Positions 63,819 through 64,000 of a stretch of 64,000 nt of DNA are shown in pieces. The notes beneath the pieces were generated by a model that made no database searches, was not told the origin of the DNA, and saw only the letters and a program-made list of their open reading frames with translations. This DNA comes from Trypanosoma brucei. Taxonomy: Eukaryota. The position numbers and the translations under genes were made by a program. The DNA lies in assembly GCA_000002445.1 (NCBI GenBank), contig CP000069.1:1024001-1088000 (forward strand). The letters are read 5' to 3'. Each line of letters starts with the position of its first letter. Position 1 is the stretch's first letter.

Positions 63819-64000
63819 TTACGGGGCACAAGTGCTAAGTATCCATGCCACGCCTTCCTCCAGTCCTGCTCCCGTTTTGGCGCTACAGCCTTGGATGTGC
63901 CACTTGCGGTCTCGGAAGTCATGCAAATGAAGGCATTCTGCGATCGCCTGAGCATCTTTTGCGGTTGCAAGATCTTGTTTATTCGCAAACACCAAAACCG
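63819..64000 (-). CDS. ARF-like small GTPase (ARL2/ARL3-like), C-terminal 59 codons only; gene continues beyond the right window edge
   Basis: It is not in the ORF track because there is no start codon inside the window. Minus-strand frame from 63998 down to the TAA at 63819-63821 gives [59 protein letters not shown]. This contains the G4 NKxD box (ANKQD) and the G5 CSAKTG box with ARL-typical IQGCSA.TG.GL...G..WL. Confidence 0.7.
   Translation of the reverse strand, partial: VLVFANKQDLATAKDAQAIAECLHLHDFRDRKWHIQGCSAKTGAGLEEGVAWILSTCAP

Noticed and set aside
1-64000. CRISPR arrays, restriction-modification, toxin-antitoxin or other prokaryotic defence or mobile systems
   Set aside because: The sequence is eukaryotic (kinetoplastid). 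There are no direct-repeat and spacer arrays, and no transposase or integrase. I recognised no retroposon (ingi/RIME/SLACS-like) reverse-transcriptase ORFs.
1-64000. tRNA, rRNA, SL RNA and 5S genes
   Set aside because: I looked for the tRNA T-arm consensus (GGTTCGAATCC and variants) on both strands and for SL and 5S signature strings, and found none. Without a covariance search I cannot exclude divergent small RNAs. The candidates I could not dismiss are listed as findings.

Overview
This window is eukaryotic. It is almost certainly a chromosome-internal segment of a kinetoplastid nuclear genome, most likely an African trypanosome of the Trypanosoma brucei group. The evidence is that coding segments are about 50% GC and sit in very AT-rich intergenic DNA full of homopolymers and microsatellites such as (TA)n, (CA)n, (AAT)n and C/G runs. 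No introns are evident. All long ORFs lie on one strand, and purine-rich blocks (polypyrimidine on the sense strand) sit immediately 5' of each gene, as expected for trans-splicing. There are no prokaryotic features: no operons, CRISPR arrays or defence islands.

Every protein-coding gene I can support lies on the minus strand, 18 in total. The window therefore falls inside a single unidirectional polycistronic transcription unit read right to left. In order of transcription the genes are:
- C-terminal 59 codons of an ARL2-like small GTPase, running off the right edge and missed by the ORF track
- TRIM-like RING/B-box/coiled-coil/SPRY protein
- sphingosine-1-phosphate lyase
- C2H2 zinc-finger/coiled-coil protein
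- SET-domain methyltransferase
- RlmI-like SAM methyltransferase
- a 1111-aa orphan protein
- RecQ helicase
- tubulin-tyrosine-ligase-like (TTLL) enzyme
- a 1482-aa LRR/IQ/coiled-coil protein
- P4-ATPase phospholipid flippase
- REI1/ZNF622-like 60S biogenesis factor
- a polytopic membrane protein
- DUF155/RMD1-like protein
- CDKAL1-like radical-SAM tRNA methylthiotransferase
- RME-8, a 2236-aa endosomal J-domain protein with four IWN repeats
- a 102-aa ZFP1-type CCCH zinc-finger protein
- a two-RRM RNA-binding protein

Several ORF-track entries begin at TTG or GTG codons that the tool displays as M. For five genes the real start is an internal ATG, and I trimmed the coordinates accordingly.

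I see no evidence of a novel multi-gene system in the prokaryotic sense. The points most worth a second look are:
- an ORF-free, low-complexity interval of about 8 kb (5018-13003) between the two RNA-binding-protein genes, which could hide non-coding RNA genes or an extreme 3'UTR
- a complete TRIM-type architecture in a protist
- a telomere-like (CCCTAA)~3 block in the 5'UTR of the zinc-finger gene
- a 2-kb gene-poor gap (53970-56057) containing an unannotated 208-codon Ser/Thr-rich open frame
- a GC-rich, T-run-terminated island (10766-10860) that could be a small RNA
- the missed ARL gene at the right edge
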